Assembly (NCBI GenBank): GCA_964010765.1
Contig: CAXGMD010000009.1
Location: 1-62,729, forward strand
DNA: 62,729 bases
Source of the DNA: an uncultured bacterium
GTDB lineage: Bacteria; SAR324; NAC60-12
Direction of reading: 5' to 3'
Shown here piece by piece: positions 17,361 through 27,145 of the stretch (the first letter of the stretch is position 1; every line of letters begins with the position of its first letter). Both the position numbers and the translations under genes were made by a program. Under the pieces are notes generated by a model. That model was not told the origin of the DNA. It saw only the letters and a list, made by a program, of their open reading frames with translations, and made no database searches.

Positions 17361-20300
17361 ATGAACAACTTTGGCTATCCCTTGCCCCAGGGCCTGTATG
17401 ATCCCCAGCACGAGCATGACAGCTGCGGTGTTGGATTCATTGTACATATCAAGAACAAGAAATCTCACGACATCGTTAAAAAAGGACTTCAGCTACTCTG
17501 CAATCTGAATCATCGTGGAGCTATTGGTGCTGATCCAGAAACCGGTGATGGCGCTGGGATCCTTGTACAGATACCCGATGCATTCTTGCGAGAAGAAACA
17601 GCCAAGTTGGGGTTTGTTCTTCCCGCTAAAGGACGCTATGGGGTAGCAACGATGTTCCTGCCTCATGATGACAAACAGCAATTTCATTGCGTGGAGGCGA
17701 TCCAAAGCATTGTCAGTGAGAACGACTTGATTGGCTTGGGTTGGCGGGATGTGCCGATCGATACGAATTACGTTGGAAAACAAGCTGCTGAAGCAATGCC
17801 TGTCATCAAGCAACTCTTTCTTGCTGGGAATGGCCACAAGACTCAGCAGGAGTTGGAGAGATTGCTTTACGTGACACGAAACGAGATCCGCAACACTTTG
17901 CTCAATACCAGAGATTTTGTGGTGACAAGTATGTCCACAAGAACTTTGGCTTACAAAGGGATGTTGCGCGCTGACCAGATGGATCTTTTCTTCCCGGATT
18001 TGGCAGATGAGCGCTTTGTAAGTGCAATCGCGCTCTCGCATACTCGCTTCCCGACTAACACCTTCCCACGTTGGGATTTGGCGCAGCCCTTTCGTTACCT
18101 TGCTCACAACGGTGAAATCAACACACTGCGAGGTAACATCAACTGGATGCGATCCCGTCAAGAAAAATTAGAGAGTCCACTTTACGAAAATATTCGTGAC
18201 CTCTTACCAATCATTGTCCCATCTGGAAGTGATTCAGCCTGTTTGGACAATGTGTTGGAATTTCTTGTTCTCTCTGGCTATTCCCTTTCTCACGCCATGA
18301 TGATGCTTGTTCCCGAAGCGTGGGAGACTCAGGCAGATATGTCTCCAGAGAAGAGAGCATTCTATGAGTATCATGAGCATTTAATGGAGCCTTGGGATGG
18401 TCCAGCTGCTCTAGCTTTCACAGATGGAATCCAAATTGGGGCAACTCTGGATCGAAATGGGCTTCGTCCAGCCCGTTACGTGGTAACCAAAAATGATTTC
18501 GTAATTATGGCTTCTGAGGTTGGAGCTGTGGACATTGATCCAGAGGACATTGTCTCGAAGGGAAGGCTGCAACCAGGGAAAATGTTTCTCGTTGATACGC
18601 AGTTAGGCCGGATTATCAGTGACGAGGAACTCAAGCAGGAAATCTGTGGAGCAAAGCCTTATGCAGCTTGGCTAAATGACAACGTGATCCCATTGGATTC
18701 GCTGCCCACCCCAGCAGACCTGCCCAAAAGTGATCCAGAAACTTTGCTGGAGAGACAGAAAATCTTTGGATATACCACAGAGGACATGAATATCCTCCTG
18801 ACTCCAATGATTCGGGATGGCGAAGAAGCCACAGGTTCTATGGGCAACGATGCCCCATTAGCTGCGCTTTCAGATCGACCACAGTTGCTCTACGGGTATT
18901 TCAAGCAGATCTTTGCTCAGGTCAGTAACCCACCGATCGACTCAATTCGAGAAGAGATGGTTATGTCTATGACCAGCCATCTTGGCGGTGAAGGCAATAT
19001 CCTGAGTCCTGAGCCAGGCCACGCAAAATTGATTAAAATAGATGGGCCGATCCTGACTAATGCTCAGTTTGCAAAGCTGCGTCATCATGAAAAGGCTGCC
19101 CCAATATCGCTTCTATTCCCAGCTTCTGAAGGAGCTAGTGGCTTGCAGAAAGCCTTGGACAGAATTTGCGCAGAAGCAGCATCAGCGATCCGATCTGGTA
19201 AAGAATATTTGATTTTGAGTGATCGTGGAGTTGGTCGAGATAATGTTCCTATTCCGGCACTAATTGCGGTAGGTGCGGTTCACCACCACCTGATCCGCGA
19301 GAAACTTCGGAGTTCGTCTAGTCTAATTCTGGAAACAGGAGAAGCCAGAGAAATCGCTCATTTCTGTCTACTCATCGGCTATGGTGTTGGTGCTATTAAT
19401 CCCTACCTCGCTTTTGAGACTTTTGAGCAGATCCTTTCAGAAGGAACCCTCCCTGAAGAGTTGACCTATGAGAAAGCGATCAAAAATTATCTGAAAGCGA
19501 TTCGCAAAGGGATGTTTAAGGTTTTTGCGAAAATGGGCATTTCCACGATCCAGAGTTATCGTGGGGCGCAAATTTTTGAAGCCATCGGTCTCAGTGAGGA
19601 CGTCGTTCATGAATACTTTTCTGGGACTCCGTCCAAAATCAGTGGGGTTACGGTTGAAGTACTTGGTCAAGAATGTCTGAAGCGTCATGCTTCTGCTTAT
19701 GTTGAAACACCAGATCTCAAAAATACGTTGTCTGTTGGGGGTCAATATTTCTGGCGCAGAAGAGGGGAGTACCACCAAGTCAATCCAATGACAACTTTGT
19801 TACTCCAAGAAGCGGCTCAGAAAAATAGTAGAGAAGTCTTTAAGAAGTTCTCAGACATAATCAACGAGCAATCTCAAAGACTAGCGACACCACGCAGTCT
19901 GTTGACATTTAAGCAGGGAACTCCAGTTCCTCTGGAAGAGGTGGAGCCTGCAAAAGAGATTGTTAGACGTTTTGCGACTGGTGCAATGTCATTAGGCTCA
20001 ATCAGCAGTGAAGCCCATCAGACTCTTGCAGTAGCCATGAATCGCATTGGTGGCAGAAGCAACAGTGGAGAGGGTGGTGAAGATCCTCAACGCTTCCACA
20101 AAAGAGAAAATGGTGACTGGCCAGTGAGTCGAATCAAGCAAGTTGCTTCAGGGCGCTTTGGGGTGACAATTCATTATCTAGTCAATTGTGTTGAATTACA
20201 GATCAAGATTGCTCAAGGGGCCAAACCTGGAGAGGGAGGGCAGCTTCCTGGAAAAAAAGTCAGCCAAGAAATAGCCAAGGTTCGTCATTCAACGCCTGGG

Positions 20301-21845
20301 GTTACGCTGATTTCACCACCTCCTCATCATGATATCTATTCAATTGAGGATCTTGCTCAGTTGATCTTTGATCTGAAGAATGCGAATCCGAAGGCTCGGA
20401 TTACGGTGAAATTGGTCTCAGAGGCAGGTGTCGGAACCATTGCAGCAGGTGTCGCTAAAACGCATGCGGACCTGATTGTGATCGCAGGTCATGATGGTGG
20501 TACAGGTGCCTCTCCATTGACTTCCATCAAATATGCTGGAGTTCCATGGGAGTTGGGATTATCTGAAGCTCACCAGACGTTGTTGCTGAATCGCTTGCGA
20601 GGTCGTGTTCGATTACAAACAGATGGGCAACTGAAAACGGGCCGTGATGTGGCTATTGCAGCGATGCTTGGTGCTGAAGAGTTCGGTTTTTCAACCGCAC
20701 CACTCATCACAATTGGCTGCGTGATGATGCGCAAATGTCACCTCAATACATGCCCAGTTGGAATTGCTACCCAGGATCCTGAATTACGCAAAAAATTTGT
20801 TGGACAACCAGAGCACGTCATTAACTTCTTTTTCATGGTTGCAGAAGAAGTTCGTGAAATCATGGCAAAGTGTGGATTCCGTTCATTTAGTGAAATGGTT
20901 GGGAGATCAGATTGCTTGGAACAACGCTCTGATATCACCCATTGGAAAGCCAAGCATGTGGATCTTTCAAATCTTCTGAAACAAATCCCTGTTGGCGAAG
21001 GGGATACTCGCTACTGTACGCAGGAACAAGATCATGGACTTAATGAACAGATTGACCATGAATTGATTGCCCTAGCCAAGGAAGCAATCGAACAGCGCAA
21101 GCCTGTCAGAATTGAAATGCCCGTGAAGAACATCCATCGAGCCATTGGTACGATGCTCAGTGGAGAAATTGCGTTAGCCCACGGAGCTGAGGGCTTGCCT
21201 GATCACACGATTCATTGTCAGTTGACCGGCTCAGCAGGACAAAGTTTTGGGGCGTTTTTGGCGAGGGGAGTCACACTGGAGTTGGAAGGTGATGCTAACG
21301 ACTACACGGGTAAAGGACTTAGTGGAGGAAAGCTGATAGTGTACCCTCCCAAACGGTCCACATTTAAGGCAGATGAAAACATTCTAATTGGCAACACTGT
21401 CTTATATGGAGCAACCGGCGGAGAAGCTTTCTTCTCTGGGATAGCTGGAGAGCGATTTGGGGTCCGCAACAGTGGAGCAAACGCCATTGTGGAGGGAGTG
21501 GGAGATCACGGATGCGAGTACATGACAGGAGGTCGAGTGATCGTTCTTGGTCACACAGGGCGAAACTTTGCTGCAGGGATGAGTGGAGGAATCGCTTACG
21601 TCTTCGATGAGAAAGGTTATTTTACGCAGCGTTGCAACCAAGGCATGGTTGAACTTGGCCCAGTAAGCCAGGTAGACGAAGCCAAATGGGTCAGGGAAAT
21701 GATTCAACGGCATCTGCAGTACACTCAAAGTGAGCGAGCCAGCAAACTGTTGGAAGACTGGGACAACACCCTACAAAAATTTGTCCGAGTGATGCCTACA
21801 GAATATAGACTGGTTCTCGAACAAATGAATTCACAGGCTGCCTGA
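17361..21845 (+). CDS. gltB: Glutamate synthase large subunit
   Basis: EHDSCGVGF (N-terminal Cys amidotransferase), LAHNGEINT, EPWDGPA, IKQVASGRFGV, AQGAKPGEGGQLPG, CVMMRKCHLNTCPVG 3Fe-4S motif, GXGXG domain. Confidence 0.98.
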   Translation: MNNFGYPLPQGLYDPQHEHDSCGVGFIVHIKNKKSHDIVKKGLQLLCNLNHRGAIGADPETGDGAGILVQIPDAFLREETAKLGFVLPAKGRYGVATMFLPHDDKQQFHCVEAIQSIVSENDLIGLGWRDVPIDTNYVGKQAAEAMPVIKQLFLAGNGHKTQQELERLLYVTRNEIRNTLLNTRDFVVTSMSTRTLAYKGMLRADQMDLFFPDLADERFVSAIALSHTRFPTNTFPRWDLAQPFRYLAHNGEINTLRGNINWMRSRQEKLESPLYENIRDLLPIIVPSGSDSACLDNVLEFLVLSGYSLSHAMMMLVPEAWETQADMSPEKRAFYEYHEHLMEPWDGPAALAFTDGIQIGATLDRNGLRPARYVVTKNDFVIMASEVGAVDIDPEDIVSKGRLQPGKMFLVDTQLGRIISDEELKQEICGAKPYAAWLNDNVIPLDSLPTPADLPKSDPETLLERQKIFGYTTEDMNILLTPMIRDGEEATGSMGNDAPLAALSDRPQLLYGYFKQIFAQVSNPPIDSIREEMVMSMTSHLGGEGNILSPEPGHAKLIKIDGPILTNAQFAKLRHHEKAAPISLLFPASEGASGLQKALDRICAEAASAIRSGKEYLILSDRGVGRDNVPIPALIAVGAVHHHLIREKLRSSSSLILETGEAREIAHFCLLIGYGVGAINPYLAFETFEQILSEGTLPEELTYEKAIKNYLKAIRKGMFKVFAKMGISTIQSYRGAQIFEAIGLSEDVVHEYFSGTPSKISGVTVEVLGQECLKRHASAYVETPDLKNTLSVGGQYFWRRRGEYHQVNPMTTLLLQEAAQKNSREVFKKFSDIINEQSQRLATPRSLLTFKQGTPVPLEEVEPAKEIVRRFATGAMSLGSISSEAHQTLAVAMNRIGGRSNSGEGGEDPQRFHKRENGDWPVSRIKQVASGRFGVTIHYLVNCVELQIKIAQGAKPGEGGQLPGKKVSQEIAKVRHSTPGVTLISPPPHHDIYSIEDLAQLIFDLKNANPKARITVKLVSEAGVGTIAAGVAKTHADLIVIAGHDGGTGASPLTSIKYAGVPWELGLSEAHQTLLLNRLRGRVRLQTDGQLKTGRDVAIAAMLGAEEFGFSTAPLITIGCVMMRKCHLNTCPVGIATQDPELRKKFVGQPEHVINFFFMVAEEVREIMAKCGFRSFSEMVGRSDCLEQRSDITHWKAKHVDLSNLLKQIPVGEGDTRYCTQEQDHGLNEQIDHELIALAKEAIEQRKPVRIEMPVKNIHRAIGTMLSGEIALAHGAEGLPDHTIHCQLTGSAGQSFGAFLARGVTLELEGDANDYTGKGLSGGKLIVYPPKRSTFKADENILIGNTVLYGATGGEAFFSGIAGERFGVRNSGANAIVEGVGDHGCEYMTGGRVIVLGHTGRNFAAGMSGGIAYVFDEKGYFTQRCNQGMVELGPVSQVDEAKWVREMIQRHLQYTQSERASKLLEDWDNTLQKFVRVMPTEYRLVLEQMNSQAA

Positions 21846-21857
21846 CGGAGAGAATAA

Positions 21858-23375
21858 ATGGGTAATGACACAGGATTTCTAGAGCACTCCAAACAAGACG
21901 TTCCAAGACGTCCAATTGCTGAGAGAATTCGGGATTTTCGTGAATACGATGTGCACTACTCCGAGTCGGAAATTAAAGTGCAAGCCTCCCGCTGTATGGA
22001 CTGTGGCATCCCTTTCTGTCACAACGGTTGTCCGCTAGGTAATCAAATTCCTGATTGGAACGACCTCGTCTATCGTGGCCATTGGCGGGAAGCTCTTGAT
22101 ACCCTTCACAGCACCAATAATTTTCCAGAATTTACTGGCCGTATCTGCCCAGCACCTTGTGAGGAATCTTGTGTTCTCAATGCGTATTACACGCTTGATG
22201 AAGAAGAGCGACATCGTAAGAAAAATTCTGTCACCATCGAGCAGATTGAAAAACATATCGCTGATCGTGGATGGCAAGAAGGCTGGATCAAACCTCAACC
22301 ACCGAAAAAGCTCACAGGGAAAAAAGTTGCTGTGATCGGATCAGGCCCTGCTGGTTTAGCGGCCGCACAACAGCTTCGAAGAGCTGGTCACGAAGTGACA
22401 GTTTACGAAAAGTCTGATCGACTTGGCGGACTCCTAATCTATGGTATTCCAGACTTCAAATTGGAAAAGATTAACGTTCAACGTCGAGTAGACCAGATGC
22501 AGGCTGAAGGGGTACGCTTCATCACAAACTGTCACGTTGGGAAAGACATCAGCACGAAGGAGCTTAGGTCACAATATGACGCCATCCTCCTGGCAACGGG
22601 TGCTCAACAAAAAAGAGAATTGACAACCGAGGGCAAGGAATTGAAGGGCATTCACTATGCGATGGATTATTTACCTCAACGCAATCAATTCGTAGCGGGT
22701 GATTCTCCAAAGCCGGATGCAGTTCAAGCCCAAGGGAAGCGAGTAGCAATTTTAGGTGGAGGATTTACTGCTGCAGACTGTTTAGGAAATTTGAACAGAC
22801 AAGGAGCTGATCGACGTGTTTATCAGTTTGAAATTGTTAACATGCAGCCGCGCCCTACTCCCGTGCATGAAGAGGTAGACCCAGATTGTAGAGCTAACAT
22901 TCTAACTGAAAGAGTGATTGGTGATGAAAATGGTGCAGTCAAAGGACTGCAGGCGGTTCGGGTCGAGTGGAAACAAGAAGAGGGTCGTAATGTCATGAAA
23001 CGTCTGGAAGGCACAGAATTTACGATTGATGTTGACCTAATTTTGCTAGCAATGGGATTCATTGGGCCAACTGTTTCGGGGTTGGTGAATGATTTGGGTG
23101 TAAAAATTAGTATGCGAGGCCGGAAAGACGCAATTGCTGCGAGTGAAACGCTGAAGATGTTGGAAGATGGACAACAACCGATGTACTCGATTCATGCAGA
23201 CAATCGGTTCCAGACATCAGAAGAAGGAGTTTTTGCTGCGGGTGATGCCAAACGAGGGGCATCTCTGGTGGTTTGGGCAATTTGGGAAGGACGGGAAGCG
23301 GCCCGATCCATTGATCAATATCTGATGGGAGAATCTGCGCTACCTACTTCGCCACAAGCAGAAGTTCTCGCATGA
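21858..23375 (+). CDS. gltD: Glutamate synthase small subunit
   Basis: RCMDCGIPFCHNGCPLGNQIPDWN, NNFPEFTGRICPAPCEESC, VIGSGPAGLAAA, FAAGDAKRGASLVVWAIWEGR; GGAGAG SD, 12 nt after gltB. Confidence 0.96.
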   Translation: MGNDTGFLEHSKQDVPRRPIAERIRDFREYDVHYSESEIKVQASRCMDCGIPFCHNGCPLGNQIPDWNDLVYRGHWREALDTLHSTNNFPEFTGRICPAPCEESCVLNAYYTLDEEERHRKKNSVTIEQIEKHIADRGWQEGWIKPQPPKKLTGKKVAVIGSGPAGLAAAQQLRRAGHEVTVYEKSDRLGGLLIYGIPDFKLEKINVQRRVDQMQAEGVRFITNCHVGKDISTKELRSQYDAILLATGAQQKRELTTEGKELKGIHYAMDYLPQRNQFVAGDSPKPDAVQAQGKRVAILGGGFTAADCLGNLNRQGADRRVYQFEIVNMQPRPTPVHEEVDPDCRANILTERVIGDENGAVKGLQAVRVEWKQEEGRNVMKRLEGTEFTIDVDLILLAMGFIGPTVSGLVNDLGVKISMRGRKDAIAASETLKMLEDGQQPMYSIHADNRFQTSEEGVFAAGDAKRGASLVVWAIWEGREAARSIDQYLMGESALPTSPQAEVLA

Positions 23376-24202
23376 AAGGACGAAATGTCCTCATTTACTC
23401 TAGTATTACAATCGGGATTGTGGTTCTGATTGGATATGCTCTTTGGCAGGAAATAGCTCGGAATGAAACTCAAATTCGAACATCTATAAGTGGAACCATT
23501 AAGACAGCTCCTCGTGTTACGGGTGGAGTTGTCAAAACAGACAATGCCTACCTTATCCTCTTCGATCCAGATACACTGACCCCGGTTGCTCAGCACATGA
23601 TCAACCCTTTTCTCCCTCCGATTACATTTTCGATTGGACAGTCTGATGCGGGTCCTGAAGCAAGTTTACAAGGTTCCTATCGCTTGCTCATTTTCACAGA
23701 TCGGGATGGCAATCCGAACTTGCCAAGCCCTGGAGAACTGATCGGAGCTTTGACCCAGCCACTTTCTTTGGGTACTGAATCATTTACCTATGAGTTAGAC
23801 CGCCCATTTAATTCCTTCCCGCAAGAACTTCTAAAATCATCTCAGCCGGCTGATAAACCAGAAGATAGCATTCAGGGCACTGTTCGAGTTTCACCAGATT
23901 TATTGAATCAAGTTTCTCCTACCGATAAGTTGATTATCATGTTGTTTGATCCTGGCCAAGGTAGACCGGTTGCATTTAAATTCGTGGAGTCACCCTCTTT
24001 CCCAATGGAATTTCAGATTGGGCCCTCTAATGCTATGGGGACTGCAGACTTGGTAGGGCCTTATTCTCTCAGGATTTTAACAGATAAAGATGATCAGCCA
24101 TTTCAAGCTGCAGAAGGTGAGTTGATCGGTAGATCAAAAGGTCTGGTTCCATTGGGCACCAGTAATTTAGATTTCGTGTTGGACAGTCCCTATGTTCGCT
24201 AA
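23372..24202 (+). CDS. Membrane-anchored periplasmic protein with two CycH/CcmI C-terminal-like (Ig-like) repeats
   Basis: N-terminal TM; two similar units SISGTIK...ILFDPD...PVA...PITFSIGQSDA...YRLLIFTDRDG...GELIG and SIQGTVR...MLFDPG...PVA...PMEFQIGPSNA...YSLRILTDKDD...GELIG; ATGA overlap with gltD. Confidence 0.65.
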   Translation: MKGRNVLIYSSITIGIVVLIGYALWQEIARNETQIRTSISGTIKTAPRVTGGVVKTDNAYLILFDPDTLTPVAQHMINPFLPPITFSIGQSDAGPEASLQGSYRLLIFTDRDGNPNLPSPGELIGALTQPLSLGTESFTYELDRPFNSFPQELLKSSQPADKPEDSIQGTVRVSPDLLNQVSPTDKLIIMLFDPGQGRPVAFKFVESPSFPMEFQIGPSNAMGTADLVGPYSLRILTDKDDQPFQAAEGELIGRSKGLVPLGTSNLDFVLDSPYVR

Positions 24203-24515
24203 AAAAATTTTGAAAATCTTAGTCGTTGGGCTACTGGCTACTGGATGTAGTGATGTGGCTGAAAAATTCCGCAATCAATACAATCCATCAAGAGCAGTGG
24301 TAGACCAAGGCGGAAGTAATGTGATTTCAACAGGGAATGCCTGTGCCCTTGATGACAGAGATGCCAAGGAAGATGCTGAGAAAACAGCAGAGTATCACTT
24401 ACGAGGGATTTTAGGGAGTGGAAGTAGATATGTGATCCAAACGCAGGCTGTCAATCGGTATACTCGAGGAGATCAAATTTGCTATGAAGCCTCAGCGATT
24501 GCGATCCCCAAATGA
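24192..24515 (+). CDS. Putative lipoprotein
   Basis: MFAKKILKILVVGLLATGC lipobox; overlaps both neighbours in an operon-like way. Confidence 0.7.
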   Translation: MFAKKILKILVVGLLATGCSDVAEKFRNQYNPSRAVVDQGGSNVISTGNACALDDRDAKEDAEKTAEYHLRGILGSGSRYVIQTQAVNRYTRGDQICYEASAIAIPK

Positions 24516-24682
24516 GCGATAAGTCACTTTCTCCCTGCTGCGGAATTTGTAGTTTAAATTCAGCTAGAACACATTGTTTAGGGTGCCGAAGAAGTCTTGA
24601 GGAAATTGCCAACTGGCTTCTTTTCACTACGGAACAGAAAGAAGAGATCCGCAAAGAATTGCCTGATCGAGTGATTAGCTGA
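24512..24682 (+). CDS. DUF1289 family small Cys-rich protein (56 aa; not in the ORF track)
   Basis: Hand translation MSDKSLSPCCGICSLNSARTHCLGCRRSLEEIANWLLFTTEQKEEIRKELPDRVIS* has the SPCxxxC...CxGCxRxxxEIxxW signature; ATGA overlap with the upstream stop. Confidence 0.88.
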   Translation: MSDKSLSPCCGICSLNSARTHCLGCRRSLEEIANWLLFTTEQKEEIRKELPDRVIS

Positions 24683-25882
24683 TCATACAAAACGAGTAGC
24701 TAATTTCTCTGAAACCAGCCTTCCGATGTTAAGTGAAGCTGTTGCAGCCGGTGAGGGTGCATTACAGATGTTTAAAATATTCTCTGTTTCATCAATCAAA
24801 AAATCGTCAACTAGACTACCATCCTTAGTAACAGCCTGGGCACGAACTCCAGCTGGAGCAACGATCAAGTCTTCAGCAGTAATCTCTGGTACCAGTCGCT
24901 GTAAGGCCTTTACGAAGGCTGGCTTGTACCAGGACCTCCACATCTCACCCATTCCCATCTGCCAGTATTTTAAAGCGAGCTTTTGGAATCCAGTAAATTT
25001 CAAAGTTTCCAAAAACTCAGAGAAGTTCAAATCACTCCGCTTGTAGCCCTCTCTTGCAAAAGCTAAAACGGCATTTGGACCGCATTCCAAGCCACCATGA
25101 ATCATTCGTGTGAAGTGGACTCCTAGAAAAGGGAATGCTGGATCAGGAACAGGATAAATCAGATTTTTGCACAAGTATTCCTTTTCTGGTTTGACGTAGT
25201 AGTACTCCCCTCGGAACGGCACGATCTGCATCTCGGTCTTTTGACTAGTAAGACCCATTACTTTATCAGAGTATAGCCCAGCACAGTTAACGAGATAGTT
25301 ACCTCGCACTTCACCGATAGTTGTTTCAAGAATAATTTCAGAATTGGATTGGTGAATGTTGAGAACCTTGGCTGAACAGATAATCTGATTTCCTTGCTCC
25401 TGGATTTTTTTCTGCAGCTTAACGCAAACCTCACTGTAGTCTACAATTCCTGCTTCTGGGACATGAATCCCACTGATCCCGTTTACATGGGGTTCTAATT
25501 CCTTCAGACGTGATTGATCAATTTTTTCACAGTTTACTCCATTGGCTTGTCCACGAGAAAAAATTTGTTCAAGTGCTGGCATTTCTTCTTCTCTAGTAGC
25601 AACAATCACTTTCCCGCAGATTTCGTATGTGATTTCTTCATCTCTACAGAATTTTTCCATTAATTTTTTGCCTTGTCGGCAATTAATCGCCTTCATTGAA
25701 CCGGGTTTGTAATAAATACCAGAGTGCAAAACACCGGAGTTGTGACCTGTTTGGTGTTTCGCAATAGAATCTTCTTTTTCCAGTAAAATTAGAGATTCAT
25801 TTGGATGAGATCGACCCCACTGCCATGCTGTTGCGAGTCCAACGATACCTCCGCCCACAATAACAACTGAAGCTTTGCTCAT
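24683..25882 (-). CDS. lhgO: L-2-hydroxyglutarate oxidase
   Basis: IVGGGIVGLATA, HQTGHNSGVLHSGIYYKPGS, IVPFRGEY, LIYPVPDPAFPFLGVHFTR, AGVRAQA, NAPSPAATASL; likely start ATG 25882. Confidence 0.93.
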   Translation of the reverse strand: MSKASVVIVGGGIVGLATAWQWGRSHPNESLILLEKEDSIAKHQTGHNSGVLHSGIYYKPGSMKAINCRQGKKLMEKFCRDEEITYEICGKVIVATREEEMPALEQIFSRGQANGVNCEKIDQSRLKELEPHVNGISGIHVPEAGIVDYSEVCVKLQKKIQEQGNQIICSAKVLNIHQSNSEIILETTIGEVRGNYLVNCAGLYSDKVMGLTSQKTEMQIVPFRGEYYYVKPEKEYLCKNLIYPVPDPAFPFLGVHFTRMIHGGLECGPNAVLAFAREGYKRSDLNFSEFLETLKFTGFQKLALKYWQMGMGEMWRSWYKPAFVKALQRLVPEITAEDLIVAPAGVRAQAVTKDGSLVDDFLIDETENILNICNAPSPAATASLNIGRLVSEKLATRFV

Positions 25883-25883
25883 T

Positions 25884-27068
25884 TCAATCTTGTCCAAGGA
25901 TTTTGTCTTCAACAATACTTTGAAGGGTTGGTTTGAGGTCAAATAAGAATGGTACAATGAATAATGGCATTTCTAGTTCTGTTTCTTTAAGATTTCCAAG
26001 TGTTTGTTCAGCCAACTCTTTGGAACTTTTGTATTGCCCCATATTCCATAGCGCTACAGCTTTAAAAGTTGATTGTATAGGTGATTCGGATCTCTGCTCA
26101 GTCTGCCGCAATAATTTGAGCCATTCTTTTTTTTCTGCGAGGTATCTATAATGCCAATATAAGAGGAAAGATTGCATCGTTACTCCGTGTTTTCGCATGA
26201 AAACACTGTTATGTCTTTGAATTTTGATTATACCTTGAAGTGCATAGAAATTTGATTTTTCGTATTCATTAGCTAGCCAAAAGCCTCTAGCCAGTGCAAT
26301 ATAAATTTGAATATTCTCAGGATATTGTTCAGTAAATTTTTCTAGTCTTGACAGAGATTTACGTAAGTAATTTTTTTCAATATCACCCCATAACAATAAT
26401 ACATATGCCAGGGATGCCTCATCTGAAACATATTCACCTTTTTCAACTACCTTATCTAAATGATTGATACCTTCTGAAATTGAACCAGATTCAACAATCA
26501 AAGGAGCTAACCATCTAACATACCATGTCGACTGAGCAATCATCAGTTTAAGAATCCCCTTACTTAGCTCTATATCTATAAGTTGTGTATTATTTTTGTA
26601 AACATCATCAAGCAACTGAACACCTTTAACACCAAATATATAAGCATCAAAATAGTCTTTTTGGTAACCTAATGCCACACCTCCTTTAAGTCCGTACAGT
26701 AATCCAAGATTAAGCTTCAAGCTTATGTTGTTTGGTTTTTGGCTTGATAAAGCTTCCAGCGATTCAATTGCCTCATTAACATCCTCAAGAAATTCTTTAT
26801 AGTATTTCTCGTCAATATTTCTCCCAAAATTCATAGCAAACTTACTATAAGAGATTAGTGCTTTCATAGCTCTACGCTCAGGTTGTTGCACTAATTCAAG
26901 TTTCTCATTAAGTTGAGATTCTAGATCAATCAGTTTTAAGTTGTAATGGGCTTCGCGATAGTACTTGAGAAAATTTATTTGGGGGTTAGATACTCTGACC
27001 TCATCACTTGAGAGAACTGTCCCTGCGTTTAAAAATATTATGATAAAAATTTTTGAAATGGTGCGCAC
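25884..27068 (-). CDS. Exported all-helical (TPR-like) hypothetical protein, AT-rich
   Basis: Signal-peptide-like N-terminus; helical repeats such as LGLLYGLKG..KGVQLL..GSISEGINHL..GEYVSDEA..FTEQYPENI; visibly lower GC than its neighbours. Confidence 0.7.
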   Translation of the reverse strand: MRTISKIFIIIFLNAGTVLSSDEVRVSNPQINFLKYYREAHYNLKLIDLESQLNEKLELVQQPERRAMKALISYSKFAMNFGRNIDEKYYKEFLEDVNEAIESLEALSSQKPNNISLKLNLGLLYGLKGGVALGYQKDYFDAYIFGVKGVQLLDDVYKNNTQLIDIELSKGILKLMIAQSTWYVRWLAPLIVESGSISEGINHLDKVVEKGEYVSDEASLAYVLLLWGDIEKNYLRKSLSRLEKFTEQYPENIQIYIALARGFWLANEYEKSNFYALQGIIKIQRHNSVFMRKHGVTMQSFLLYWHYRYLAEKKEWLKLLRQTEQRSESPIQSTFKAVALWNMGQYKSSKELAEQTLGNLKETELEMPLFIVPFLFDLKPTLQSIVEDKILGQD

Positions 27069-27101
27069 GGTAGTCTAATTTAAGGATTTGGTAGTAGTCA
27101 C

Positions 27102-27132
27102 AGGGACCAATTCAACCAAGAAATTGGTCCTT
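27102..27132. terminator. Hairpin just downstream of phaC
   Basis: GGACCAATT(27104-12)-9 nt-AATTGGTCC(27122-30) perfect inverted repeat; no clear U-tract on the phaC strand. Confidence 0.45.
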
Positions 27133-27145
27133 TATCATAGTCAGA

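Noticed and set aside
17493..18161. 222-aa antisense ORF inside gltB, and similar shadows in tex, phaC, acs, smc, gyrA, mnmG and the ALS gene
   Set aside because: Fully nested against highly conserved genes, with no protein-like motifs; expected from codon bias
24451..24690. 79-aa minus-strand ORF
   Set aside because: Antisense to the better-supported DUF1289 ORF at 24512-24682
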